Positions 53,036 to 64,000 of a stretch of DNA of 64,000 nucleotides are shown piece by piece. Location of the stretch: NCBI GenBank assembly GCA_036630325.1, contig CP142726.1, forward strand, positions 1,426,001-1,490,000, given 5' to 3'. Positions within the stretch are counted from its first letter, which is position 1. Every line of letters starts with the position of its first letter. This stretch comes from Vairimorpha necatrix. Its lineage: Eukaryota. The notes below the pieces were generated by a model. That model worked only from the letters and a program-made list of their open reading frames with translations, was not told the DNA's origin and did not search any database. A program made the translations under genes and the position numbers.

Positions 53036-53281
53036 AAAATAAATGAAAAATAATATTTATCTTTTTTTAAATAGTAAGACTATTTTTATTTTCTTACAAA
53101 AATATCAACAAAGTTTAAAGAAACTAAATTTAACCCATGACTTGTTAAAAGAACACGAGTCAAAATGAAGTTCACTTCTAGAGAGCTCAAAAACAGTCAT
53201 ATCGAGGCTAAAACTCTCAAGAGTATTACTTTAGAACAAGTCGCATATCTGCGAAGCATGACAAAAACCAAGTTTTATTTA

Positions 53282-55816
53282 TTATTTATTTAATAAATAT
53301 TTACAGAGTGACGAGATAAATTCCCTTCTTTCTACTTTTATTTTAATATCTCCAATCATGAAAAAATCACTGCTCTCTTTTATTGACACTTCTTCCATAC
53401 AAACTTCTTTAATATTTAATTTACTACTCATAATTAATCGAGTATTACTTAATATAAGGCAGTGATTGTCTATAAAACTCTCTTCTTCTTTATTTTTATA
53501 TGAAATATTTACAAATGTACCATCTCTGAATATTTCGTGCTTATTTTTATCTTTCAATTTATTAAATATGTAAAATGCGGCACATAATCCCAAATCGTAT
53601 CTTTCTATAAAATTCCTCATGGGCATGGGATACTTAATCCTGAACTCTGTATGATCTTTGGTATACCAAGGAACAGGAAGTTGCATGTCATCCTTGTATC
53701 CTAAATTTTGAGATTTAATGTAAATATTATTCTTAATATTCTTGAAAATTAAGCCTAAAATATTCTTATTTATCTTACTTCGATATAATCTGAATAATCT
53801 GTCTTTTAATACGGGGAAAGTACCAGAAAGAGATTTGAGTGATACGTTCGGGATCTTGAGATCTACAAAATATCTGTAAAATATGCTACACTCTATGTCA
53901 TTAATGTGAAGTGCCTGAATATCAAAAAGATATTGATTTTCCGAGGACGAACTAAAAAGTCTAGTAACATAAATCATGGCTTCAAGTAAATCTTCATAAT
54001 ATAATTTAAATTTGCCCAAATTTATGAATATTTCATTGTTGGCAATATTTAAAGCCAAAAAATCGTCGCCTAGACTTTTAAATATTCTAGGGGATCTGCT
54101 CAAATATTCCTGATTATCGATTTGGGCAGATTTCAAATTTAGACTTAAATTATAATTGTAATATAAAATATCTAAATCTGACAAAATGACGCAAAAGATT
54201 TCCTCATTGGCTGTGTTATATAAATTTAAGAAAATCGACTGTATATAAAAGACCATTGCTTTCTTATTTTCGGATCCAAAGCATAAGGAAATTTCCCTAA
54301 TTAGTCCTATGATATTTGACTCTAAAATGCTGCATACAATATTTTCACTGATGTTTACAAATAATTTGTCGACTTCTGTGGTAGTTTGTTTGTGGACTAT
54401 GTTACAATTTTCGATAAAATATTGACTAGCAACTTTTATATCAAAAACACTAGACAGATCTGAATTTTGTATCGTCAGGGTTTTACCTATAAGTTCCACT
54501 TCATTGTGTAAAATTCTTAGATTGTAAATCTGAATGGACGAAAATAAAGAATTCTCTCCCTCTTGATAAAAACAAAGAAGAGATTTGATATCAGAAATGT
54601 ATGCTCCATCAATATTCAAGGACCACGCGCCATCAAGGGGACTCAGCTTTATTAAGTCTATTATATTCTCACATTTCTTCTCTTGGTGAAACAATAATTG
54701 CGTATAAATTTCTGAATTGAGTTCATATACAAATCTTTTAATGTATAAATTTTCAGTAGATATTGAATCTACTATTACATTACAATCTATAATCTTATAT
54801 ATGTCATCAAGCAGATTGTTGCTTGATAAATTATTTGTTTCTTCTGTGTTAAATTTATATTTTACATTTTTAATATAAATAAATTTCTTTATCTCGATTT
54901 TCTCTATCTCAAGTATCTCGTGGTATTTAAAGTTATAAATATGTTTATCTATCGTAAAATTAAACTTGTTTCCCAAATATGACACATTAACATCAAATTT
55001 AGGGCACTTATGTAGTGCCAACAACATAGAACTAATTTTTATGGGAGCCGAATCCTGTGCTTGAGGTTTGAAATCCAATTCTTTAAATATTTTTATACCG
55101 AGATTCTTCTTGTTTAATTTAATCAACAAGGATTTGTTTTTAATTATAATTTTATCTTTTAAACTAATTTGAATATTTCTAAGTCTTAGACTATAAAATT
55201 TTACAGACCGAATTTTACATGAAAATATTTCACTTTCTAAAATTGTGATCCTTCTTAGAAATAAATGAGAAGCATTTCCTTTTGCACTGTCGACGTCTAT
55301 TTTGTATTTGTTTAAGTAGCTCACAAAGAAATTATTGCTCTGGTTGTCGGCAGATAAAAGCTTCTCAAGTTTTGTAATGTCAATGCACATTTTTTGAACA
55401 TAAAATCCAAAATTTGTTTTTTGCATCTTAGAAATAGAAATAATTTTATGCCCTTTAAAATGTATTTCTACGCCTCTAATCACATTATCTATTATTTCTA
55501 ATATTTTAATTTCAAAATCATAATATAAAATAGTTGCATTTTGTATTTCTATTGATCTTTCCTGGTCACTTTGTTTGTTTAAAAATGATAAATCTTTAAG
55601 TTCCAGATAAATATTTTTTATTATTATTTTCTCTTTTATAAATGAAAATCTATAGCTCAAATGCGCAATGTTGCTTTTTTCATTTGGTAAAAAATCTGGA
55701 TTTATTGATACGTCGTATACATCTATTGTACTAGTAAATATATTGTAACGTATATTATCTGGAGAAACAATTATTACATATTTTGATATACAATTGGATA
55801 TTAATGACTTTATCAT
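53282..55816 (-). CDS. Highly reduced VPS13-like (chorein-N) lipid-transfer protein
   Basis: N-terminal MIKSLISNCISKYV..PDNIRYNIF resembles Chorein_N; LKSAQIDNQ matches the VPS13 'QIDNQ' motif; PH-like end (LILSNTRLI). Confidence 0.6.
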   Translation of the reverse strand: MIKSLISNCISKYVIIVSPDNIRYNIFTSTIDVYDVSINPDFLPNEKSNIAHLSYRFSFIKEKIIIKNIYLELKDLSFLNKQSDQERSIEIQNATILYYDFEIKILEIIDNVIRGVEIHFKGHKIISISKMQKTNFGFYVQKMCIDITKLEKLLSADNQSNNFFVSYLNKYKIDVDSAKGNASHLFLRRITILESEIFSCKIRSVKFYSLRLRNIQISLKDKIIIKNKSLLIKLNKKNLGIKIFKELDFKPQAQDSAPIKISSMLLALHKCPKFDVNVSYLGNKFNFTIDKHIYNFKYHEILEIEKIEIKKFIYIKNVKYKFNTEETNNLSSNNLLDDIYKIIDCNVIVDSISTENLYIKRFVYELNSEIYTQLLFHQEKKCENIIDLIKLSPLDGAWSLNIDGAYISDIKSLLCFYQEGENSLFSSIQIYNLRILHNEVELIGKTLTIQNSDLSSVFDIKVASQYFIENCNIVHKQTTTEVDKLFVNISENIVCSILESNIIGLIREISLCFGSENKKAMVFYIQSIFLNLYNTANEEIFCVILSDLDILYYNYNLSLNLKSAQIDNQEYLSRSPRIFKSLGDDFLALNIANNEIFINLGKFKLYYEDLLEAMIYVTRLFSSSSENQYLFDIQALHINDIECSIFYRYFVDLKIPNVSLKSLSGTFPVLKDRLFRLYRSKINKNILGLIFKNIKNNIYIKSQNLGYKDDMQLPVPWYTKDHTEFRIKYPMPMRNFIERYDLGLCAAFYIFNKLKDKNKHEIFRDGTFVNISYKNKEEESFIDNHCLILSNTRLIMSSKLNIKEVCMEEVSIKESSDFFMIGDIKIKVERREFISSLCKYLLNK

Positions 55817-56013
55817 TTCTGGGGTCTCAAAGTTTTTGTTATTTTTTTTAATAACAGGGGATGAATAAAAATATTCCCAATTTTATTTTCTATATTTTAA
55901 TGCATTTTTCATTTTATTTAAGCTTTTTTGCATAAACAAAAAATAAACAAACTCTATAAAATAAAGATATTCTTAATTGTAAGTATTTTCCTAAAATATA
56001 ACCCTATAAAATA

Positions 56014-56637
56014 ATGGATTCTAGTAGTAAACAGTTCGACTATTTATTTAAAATAGTGCTGATAGGCGATTCGGCTGTAGGTAAAACAAATTTATTAAGT
56101 CAACTTATTCATCAAAAATATGTGCTCGATAGTCGAGCTACAATTGGTGTTGAATTTGGATCAATGACTTTTAATATTGACAATAAAATAATTAAGGCCC
56201 AGATCTGGGACACAGCAGGACAAGAAAGGTATCAAGCTATCACACATGCGTATTATAGAGGATCTTCTGGTTCTATTTTAGTTTACGATGTAACACAGCC
56301 TATTACTTTGACTAAAGCTGTGGATAATTGGTTGATTCAACTTAAAAATCATACGGAAGATATTCCTATAATGTTAATTGGCAATAAAACAGATTTACAA
56401 CGTAAGATAAGTTCAGAAGAAGGAAAAGAAGTGGCTCTTAGAAATAATCTCTTGTATTTTGAGACATCGGCCAAAACAGGAGAAAATGTAAAAGAAGCCT
56501 TTTACGAATTAATAAATATTATTTACAAGAAACATAAAGAAAAAGAAGGCAAGATGAGTAAAAAATCTGTCAGAGGAGACTTCTCTGGCCGAGAAATAAA
56601 GAATATTAAACAGAAGAAAAAGAAAAGTTGTTGTTAA
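56014..56637 (+). CDS. Rab11/Ypt31-family small GTPase
   Basis: FDYLFKIVLIGDSAVGKTNL, TIGVEF, KAQIWDTAGQERY.AIT.AYYRG, NKTD, ETSA, C-terminal CC. Confidence 0.93.
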   Translation: MDSSSKQFDYLFKIVLIGDSAVGKTNLLSQLIHQKYVLDSRATIGVEFGSMTFNIDNKIIKAQIWDTAGQERYQAITHAYYRGSSGSILVYDVTQPITLTKAVDNWLIQLKNHTEDIPIMLIGNKTDLQRKISSEEGKEVALRNNLLYFETSAKTGENVKEAFYELINIIYKKHKEKEGKMSKKSVRGDFSGREIKNIKQKKKKSCC

Positions 56638-56926
56638 TTAAATGCAAAAAGTTGTTAATATAAAATAATATGTCTTTTAAACTAAATTATGTTTTTTATA
56701 TGAGTTGTTTTGGCTTTTATGTTATTCTGAGATTTATTTAAATTTTTCTACAACATCTTATAAAAAAAATTTAAAATTATTTTTTATGGACATTTAATTT
56801 AACTAAAAGATCAGAAAGTAGGTTAATTAAAGCAAAAAAACACTGGTCATTATTAACTAGATATTTTTACTTTATGTTATCGCAGAATAAAAAATTATTT
56901 AATTTAAAAAAAACTATTTATTTAGT

Positions 56927-57769
56927 TTATTTGCAAATAAATATTGATCTCATCTTGAAATATAAAATCGAGGCTATGGGAATTGACAAGTTATCATTGC
57001 ATAAATCTAAATATTCAATAATCGATATAAATGTAAAATATTTTACATTTATTTCTCTATTTAAAATTAAACAAATGATAATAGACGACAAGAATCCGCT
57101 AAATGATCCGATAAAACTTTTAGACTTTTTGTGAAAAAAAATTCCAACAATTGAGGCTATCGAATCAAGTACGCATATACTTGTCAAAGTATCTTGATAT
57201 TCTAGTTTTTTAAGATAATAATACGGCACCATACAAGACATTAAAAGATAAACATGTGATAAAACTAAAGTATTACAATCTTTTGGACTTAAAATGTGCC
57301 AAAAAAGTTTTTTGAATCTTTTCAATTTAGAAGAAACGAAAAAAATTAAAAAAGCATATTCTGATAATTCAACAATAAAATCAGTCGAATTATAAAAAAC
57401 AATATAACTAAAAAAATGAAAAATTTTACGAGACAAATTTATCTGTTGTTTCTTATTTTTTAGTTTAAAATTAAATACAATATATTGTGTTAAACACATA
57501 AACAGGAAAATAAAAGAAATATTGAACAATTCTGTCAAATTAAGTATTAACAATTTAAAAAAATCAAAAATTTGTAAATTAGAAAGTAATTGGAAAAATA
57601 ATTGTTCATCAATAAGAAATAATTTGGTAAGAAGAATAATTAAACTATGCCTAAATTTAGATTCTAAAAATATGAAAATTAAAGACAATGCTATTTTTTC
57701 TATATTTTGAAGTTTATAATTATCAAGCAATACAAAAGTTAAAACAAAATCAAATAAATTACCAAACAT
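56927..57769 (-). CDS. SEC59: Dolichol kinase (Sec59-like)
   Basis: Multi-TM; SRKIFHF, LSHVYLL, DSIASIVG..KSFIGS, NDNLSIP; start after CCCCC at 57769. Confidence 0.75.
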   Translation of the reverse strand: MFGNLFDFVLTFVLLDNYKLQNIEKIALSLIFIFLESKFRHSLIILLTKLFLIDEQLFFQLLSNLQIFDFFKLLILNLTELFNISFIFLFMCLTQYIVFNFKLKNKKQQINLSRKIFHFFSYIVFYNSTDFIVELSEYAFLIFFVSSKLKRFKKLFWHILSPKDCNTLVLSHVYLLMSCMVPYYYLKKLEYQDTLTSICVLDSIASIVGIFFHKKSKSFIGSFSGFLSSIIICLILNREINVKYFTFISIIEYLDLCNDNLSIPIASILYFKMRSIFICK

Positions 57770-58691
57770 TTGGGGGTTATTAAAATAAGAATTAAAAAAA
57801 TGCAACCTAAAAAATTTTATGTTTTAAAATAACAACATTAGGCTAAGACATCTATGTTGATCTAAATAAGTGTATAAATTCAAAATAGTAAAAAAACATA
57901 GTCATAAAATTGAATGTCCATATAAAATAAAGGTTATACAAAACCATTACTCAGACACTAGAACAAAAAAATAAATTTATTGTTTCTTATACATTGTTAT
58001 ATGATACTTTTGAATATCTAAAAAAATTTAGCTTAATTTTTGATTTCAATATTTATTTTATTTGCAAAAAATCCATGAAAATAGTTAGTTTAATATAATT
58101 AAGTAAATAATTTGAGGATGTTTTCATTTAATATAATTTGTTTTTGCAACTAAATCTTTTTCCACATTTTTATATCAACGAAGTACTTTGCAAATGTATT
58201 ATATTGCCTTTTGGTGTTGAAAAGAGTGCTTGCATCGGTATTTAATAAAAGAACGACAAAATATTATTTCTTTTACCAGATAAATATGATTTTGAAGAAT
58301 AATACAACAAAAGTAAACAATTTTGATTTTTAATTTACAACTTCTTTTTTAAGCTAATTAATTAATAGATTTTTAAAATTTTGTATATTTCTAATATTAA
58401 AACTTATATTAAGCTTAATTACTGTCATTTTGATAAATCGTTCACAAATTACCTTTCTTAAGTCTGTATAGTATATCTGAAATTTTAGCTACGGTAAAGT
58501 TTTTGGCATTAATTTTGATATATTTATATTCAATATAATCACTTAATATCCCGATACATATTTGACTACTGAATCTTATTAAGAAGATACGCAATTGCAC
58601 CAAATTTTAATTGAAAAATTAAAAATTTGAAAATTTTCATAAATTAGTAATTTTGTGGATGAAAACAACTAAAAACAAATATAAACCTTTA

Positions 58692-58997
58692 TTAGTTGAA
58701 TTTTTCATTGCGTTTACTGTCACTCGATGTATCTTGTTCGAAATTTTCTTCGCATTTTCGGTATATACATGACATTACGAGGCTGATAACTAGAAAACAA
58801 ACTAAGAACAACAAAATAAGTATAGAGACTTCCGCCCAACTAAATCCCAGGAAATCATCACTAATGAAAGATTTATTCGAATTGCTCGTATTATTATTAA
58901 TATTTGTATCGTTCAGGATATCTGCGATACTAACGCTTCCTTTTAAGAAATTAGCTACTAATACTAACATTTCAACGAAATAAAATGACGAACTCAT
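58692..58997 (-). CDS. Small signal-peptide + single-TM protein
   Basis: CCCCTAC-ATG; signal peptide, Asn-rich ectodomain with N-X-S/T sites, TM, charged tail. Confidence 0.7.
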   Translation of the reverse strand: MSSSFYFVEMLVLVANFLKGSVSIADILNDTNINNNTSNSNKSFISDDFLGFSWAEVSILILLFLVCFLVISLVMSCIYRKCEENFEQDTSSDSKRNEKFN

Positions 58998-61900
58998 GTA
59001 GGGGCATAAAATTTTTTATTTTTAATGTTTTTCTGTAAACGTTAAAAAAAATCAGTATTAATAATAACAATAAAAATTTAACATATTTTATTAAAAGTAA
59101 GTCGATCATCTTAATACTTTAAAAAATGCTATATAGCAAGATAATATTTAATCACCGAGTTTTTCTTCGATCGACAGCCAACATGTATTGAGTGCTTAAT
59201 CAATCTACAAAAATCATTTGATCTTAAAAAATAAAAATACTAAATGCGTTATGTGTATACCGATTAACATGTTTTAAGATATAAATATATTTTTTTATTT
59301 TACTTTGCGATAGATACGAAATCTGCTCATTTTCTTAATAAAATTTTGTACCTTAGGAAGAAAAATTGGTTTTTACAAAATTTTTATTTTTAAAATTAAT
59401 CAAAACAAAAAAATTGTATATAAGCTAGAAATGTATAGATATAATAGAACGTGATAGTGACAAATCATATTTCTTACCGGGCATAAACATCGAACAACCC
59501 AATGACAAAGAAAAAATTAATAGAATTTTTTAAAATGACTCTTGAGTGTATATTTTGAATTTTCAATGAAAAAAGTGAAAGCAGAAAATAGTAGAATTAC
59601 GATTTTATGAGCATACATTATCACATTAGATGTAAAGTTTTTTCAATATTTTCAATGCAATATTCTTTTTTTTATTAATTTTAATTGGTTAACTTCTCTA
59701 CATGTCAGATTAATTTTCAAGAAATTTACTATTTATCATTAGGCAATCTTTAGGATCATGTCCAAAAATACAGTTTTATAATTAGTTTTTTTTATTTCGT
59801 TTAAAAGTTTCATGTAAGTTCATATGTGCTTCTGCTAAATCTTTATATTTTTAGTTTATATCCTCCTTTAATGTTCATACTAGCAAAATCGTCGGTACTA
59901 AGAATTCATTATTTTTAAATTTCTAAATTATTATTATTTCTTATTTCTTGTACGATTAATGTTATATAAATTTAAAATTTATTTGAACAGCCTTTCTTCT
60001 TTTAAAAAATTAATGCCTATGATCTTTATTTTGTTATTTTTGATCTTAACATTTTGCTATCATTTTCCTTCAATTTTTGAAAAACAAAATTACTTCATTA
60101 ATTCATTCATAAATGCCTAGAAACTATCTCGATTTCACAACAGCCAATAAATTAGAAATTTCACGTTGTTTTACTCATAAAAAACTTATTTTTAATAACT
60201 TTTCATTCTTAAAAAGAAATTGTAAGTTATATTATTTATGTACAGATTGCGAATCAATATTTCATCCAGAGTATCTAATAAGTATATCTTTAATACATCA
60301 GTCTTTAGACATTAGAAGTTAATTTACTTTTTAATACAGCAAGGAATATTTTTGGTCGGAAGAAAACTTGTGTTATGTTTGAAATTGTATGGTTATCTAT
60401 ATATTAAAAATCGAGTTTACCTTTATTGATAAATTTTTATAAAGGACATTTTTTCTTCTTTACCTTTTTAACTTGATTTATATATTCTTTGTAAGCCAAC
60501 TATACCAAAGCTTGATTAGCTAGCTACAAAAGAAACAATACCATAAATTATACAATTTAAAGAGGCCATGATTTCACTAGGTACATTATATTATAATTTT
60601 TCTTTATGATCCGTATAACTATTGTTATTGATATCAGTGTAATTCGAAACATATAAAAAATTTCCATTGCTTTTGTTATTTAGGTTATTATAATCAGCAA
60701 CTTTACAAAATAAATTGATGAACTCATAAAAACGGTTAAAATTTTTTTTGTAAGACGAATTAATTTAATGAGAAGCGACATTTACAATATAAATTTGGTA
60801 GATTTAAATTCATGGGCAAATCATATTAATTAAGAACTAATGTGATAGATAGTTATATTACAACATTCCACATTGTGTTTTTTTCATTACAACTAATGTG
60901 CAATCACAATTACAAATTATTGATGGTTTTTTCTTCATGGCTGAGAATGTATTTCAGTTGAGTATAGTCGCAATAGAAATTTGAAAAACTCATATATAAC
61001 TATGGTGTTGTATTGAATGAAAATCTTAATTTCTCATCAAAAAATAAAATTCTTGGAAACTATTATTAGTTGCTTTCGTGCACTCATATTACCAATTAAA
61101 ATACAAGCTAAAAATCTAATAATTCGATAATATAAAACTGATTCATTCGAACTTATAATGCAAAGCAAGTATCAATCAGCTAAGGACACGCGAAAATGAA
61201 ATGAACGAATGAAATATTTAAATTTTTGCTCATAAGAAGACACTTTAGCGTATATTAATTGCAACTACAGAAAGAGAATTTTTAAGAATTGGAGAATAGA
61301 TGTATCTTTTGTCACATAATCTCTAGAGAGGAAAAAGCAAAAGTTTAATAAAAATAATCATTTATTTAACTATACGTTTTTGTCAGTTCACTTCGTACTA
61401 AATGTCTATATCATCATCAAGAAAATTAAATGTTTGTCAGTTGCAATCTTTCGGCATATGTCTAAAAAATTACATCTAAAACAAATACTATTTTTTTGTA
61501 TTGATATTTTTTTATTAAATATGTACTAAAGTTATATTTTTATTTTTATTTTTTATTTAAATTTCTTTCTCATACTCATGCTGTTAAATTATTCTTTACC
61601 TGGATTCATGGTTTTTTGTTATCCATTTATCATTCTGGTTGATTAGTCCCAAAGGATTTATATGCATGATTTCTAATATGACAATTTTAATTTTTTATGA
61701 AACTTCCCACTGTAAAGAAATTTACTATTCTTCTCCCTATATTTGGTCTTTTATTAACCCTTTCGATCTTCTTTTTGATCCCAAACAAGCTACTTCGCTA
61801 TCACTTCTAGTTCTTTTTCAATGAATTTAATCGTTTCTTGACAAATACTAACAGCTAATCAATTTTTCATAATCTTTTTTTCCAAATGATTAAAAAAACA

Positions 61901-63556
61901 TGTTCATTTGAACTTTACATTCTGTTAACAATATAGGTTTTGATTATTACTTGTAAGATGTCGTATTTATATTTAAAGAATACTAGTATTGTTCATTGTC
62001 CTAACCTTGGAATAATGAAAACATTTTAACACTAAATACATTTATAAAATTTTTTTTTAATAAAAAAAATATACTAGCGACATTTATTTGATATAAAAGC
62101 GACCGTATAAATACAACTTTCCGCCTTTTAAAAATCCATGGTTTTTTCTAATGATTTTTCGCGCCTATTTAATTTTTGTTTTACAGACTGTTTTTGTGGA
62201 TAAATTATGGATATGAGAACTTCAATCTCAAAAAAAAAAGTAAGATCAATCCAATGTACACAGTTGCTTCGTTCCATGTTATCCACGAGGAAAGATATTT
62301 ATTATATAAATTTTTTCATCACACATATGACTATTATTCAGGTATGTAATTTTTAAAACTTCCGATATATTGAACATTGCTTCTATTTGATTGTCTAGTA
62401 ATAGAAGCATTGTAAAAAATGATATTATGAATGCTATATGGGTTTAAAATTTTTATTTCTAATATCTTAGATTGTAAACAAAGGTTTGATATAAGGCAGA
62501 GTAGTAATTCAAAAGGTTATAATGTGGTTTTCGATATAAAGTTATTGTATCGAGCGATTACTTTAAAATGCGATATTTTCATTGTATTTAAATATGATCG
62601 CGTCGTGGTATGGTTCTCAAGATCAAGACAGAAAAAAACATCTAAACATTGATATTAAGGTCATCTTTAATACTAAATGAGAATTCTCCTGAGTATGTTT
62701 TAATTAAGTCTTCTATTCCGTCATGGTTATGTTGTAGAATTTAATATATAATTTTATGAAAGTATTTAGAACATTTAGAGCTAATTTTCTAGGAATATAG
62801 ATTGTTCTACTGATGAACGAGGGTCGGTTTGCTATTCATATTATGCTAAAAATAGTCATAAATAAAAAATGAGAATATAATCACATTAGATTTTGGGGGT
62901 ATTTAATTTATTTGCATGTTATGCGTCTAAATTGTTTTTCTAAGATTGATGTAACATTATTTTACATAATATATACAAAAATTAATATAGAAGATAAAAT
63001 TTCACAATAACACCGATTGATTATAATAAGGATATAGAAATATTTGTATTTTTTCAATCTGATTAATGCAGCTTTGATATAAATAATTTTTTTATTTTTA
63101 TACCTTCAAAGATATAAATATTGACGTTTAAGTTTGCTCTGTAAAATCCATACAAATTTCTTATTCTTAATACATGAATAATAAATTTTTTTTATAATTA
63201 AAATAAATACCCTTTTTTGTACAACTTAAGAAACTTCATTAAATAAGATTACAGACCTTTCTATTTTTATATGAGGTCCTTTAATTAATTATTATTATGT
63301 CTAAATGTCCAAAAGTAAAGTTTTTTGTTTAAAATTTTGAGCAGCACCAAATTAATTTTTACAACAAAATAAACAGTAACTCTAAAACACGTTTTTCCAT
63401 AAAATATTTCTCAATGTAGACGAAGAAAATAATATTATCGAAATGTTATCATACTTTAATTCAAAAGATTGCGTGTAGCTTCATAGAATCATGTAAAAAA
63501 TGTTAATTGTATGTTGTTTTGTTTTTTATCAAATATATAAAATCAGTTTAAATATT

Positions 63557-63874
63557 TTATTTGTTTATAGTTATTCCTTCTATTTTTTTATTCTTAGCTG
63601 ATTCCGCTTCCTTGTTCCAATACCATCGAAATAATTTAGCAAATAAATAAATAAAACCACAGAATATAAACCCCCCGATAAGTACATAAGCCCATGCCGT
63701 ACGGGTTTCCATGTTATCTAGTTTTTGTCCATCCTTTAATAAAAATTCAGTTTCGTTTGTATGACTACTGTTGTTATTAATTGTATGATAATAAATTTCT
63801 CTTGAAGTAGAATTCGCATTTATTGCATTAACTACAAATATTGATGATATAATAAAATAAAATAATAAACTCAT
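63557..63874 (-). CDS. Small signal-peptide + single-TM protein
   Basis: CCCC upstream; MSLLFYFIISSIFVVNAINA signal, N-glycosylation sequons, TM AWAYVLIGGFIFCGFIYLF. Confidence 0.72.
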   Translation of the reverse strand: MSLLFYFIISSIFVVNAINANSTSREIYYHTINNNSSHTNETEFLLKDGQKLDNMETRTAWAYVLIGGFIFCGFIYLFAKLFRWYWNKEAESAKNKKIEGITINK

Positions 63875-64000
63875 CTTGCGATGGGGCAAATTTTTTCGCT
63901 TAAATATTTTTTTTTAAAAAAAAATTGCTTAAAACAGTAAATAGTATACAAAAATTTTAGTTTTTATTAAAAAATTAAGTGTGGCAAATTTTATAATTTA

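Noticed and set aside
53138-53293. CCC-ATG followed by a coding-like stretch (MKFTSRELKNSH...)
   Set aside because: The first ATG closes after three codons and the second lacks a start motif; no recognisable homology.
373-58983. Numerous short antisense or nested ORFs in the track (e.g. 13170-13448, 40972-41229, 47477-47893, 52706-52969, 58696-58983)
   Set aside because: Shadows of real genes on the opposite strand or frame.
61590-61890. Coding-like minus-strand stretch (EKELEVIAK...)
   Set aside because: Multiple stops and no identifiable family.

Overview
A very AT-rich, compact eukaryotic window with the hallmarks of a microsporidian (Nosema/Vairimorpha-like) chromosome. The protein genes are shortened with no spliceosomal introns evident, a CCC-type motif sits just upstream of most true start codons, and AATAAA often overlaps stop codons. 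Two gene-dense housekeeping blocks alternate with two gene-poor islands. Block 1 (~1-15.7 kb) holds tRNA-iMet, a Zn-finger protein, UBA4, Elp6-like, PCC1, cmk, p24, intron-containing tRNA-Ile, GPI2, NCS6, PWP1, an unassigned structured RNA, LysRS and aminopeptidase P. Block 2 (~31.9-57.8 kb) holds a HECT E3, a pseudo-USP, a lipase, RPN1, PP2A-B56, eL27, TFIIS, ERO1, H3, PP2A-C, a mini-VPS13, Rab11 and dolichol kinase. The islands (~15.8-31.9 kb and ~57.9-64 kb) carry transposon relics (RLE non-LTR, Merlin, MITE), a dispersed GC-rich structured non-coding repeat family and signal-peptide/TM surface-protein paralogs. Highlights: (1) a 2.27-kb LTR element with apparently identical 253-bp LTRs and a 5-bp TSD, encoding only Gag-protease and lacking a tRNA PBS, inserted in the middle of ERO1; (2) a surface-protein paralog whose TM anchor is cut off by a 1-nt shift at an A-run; (3) a multi-hairpin orphan RNA; (4) clustering of tRNA anticodon-modification genes. 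All assignments come from reading motifs by eye; no database search was run.
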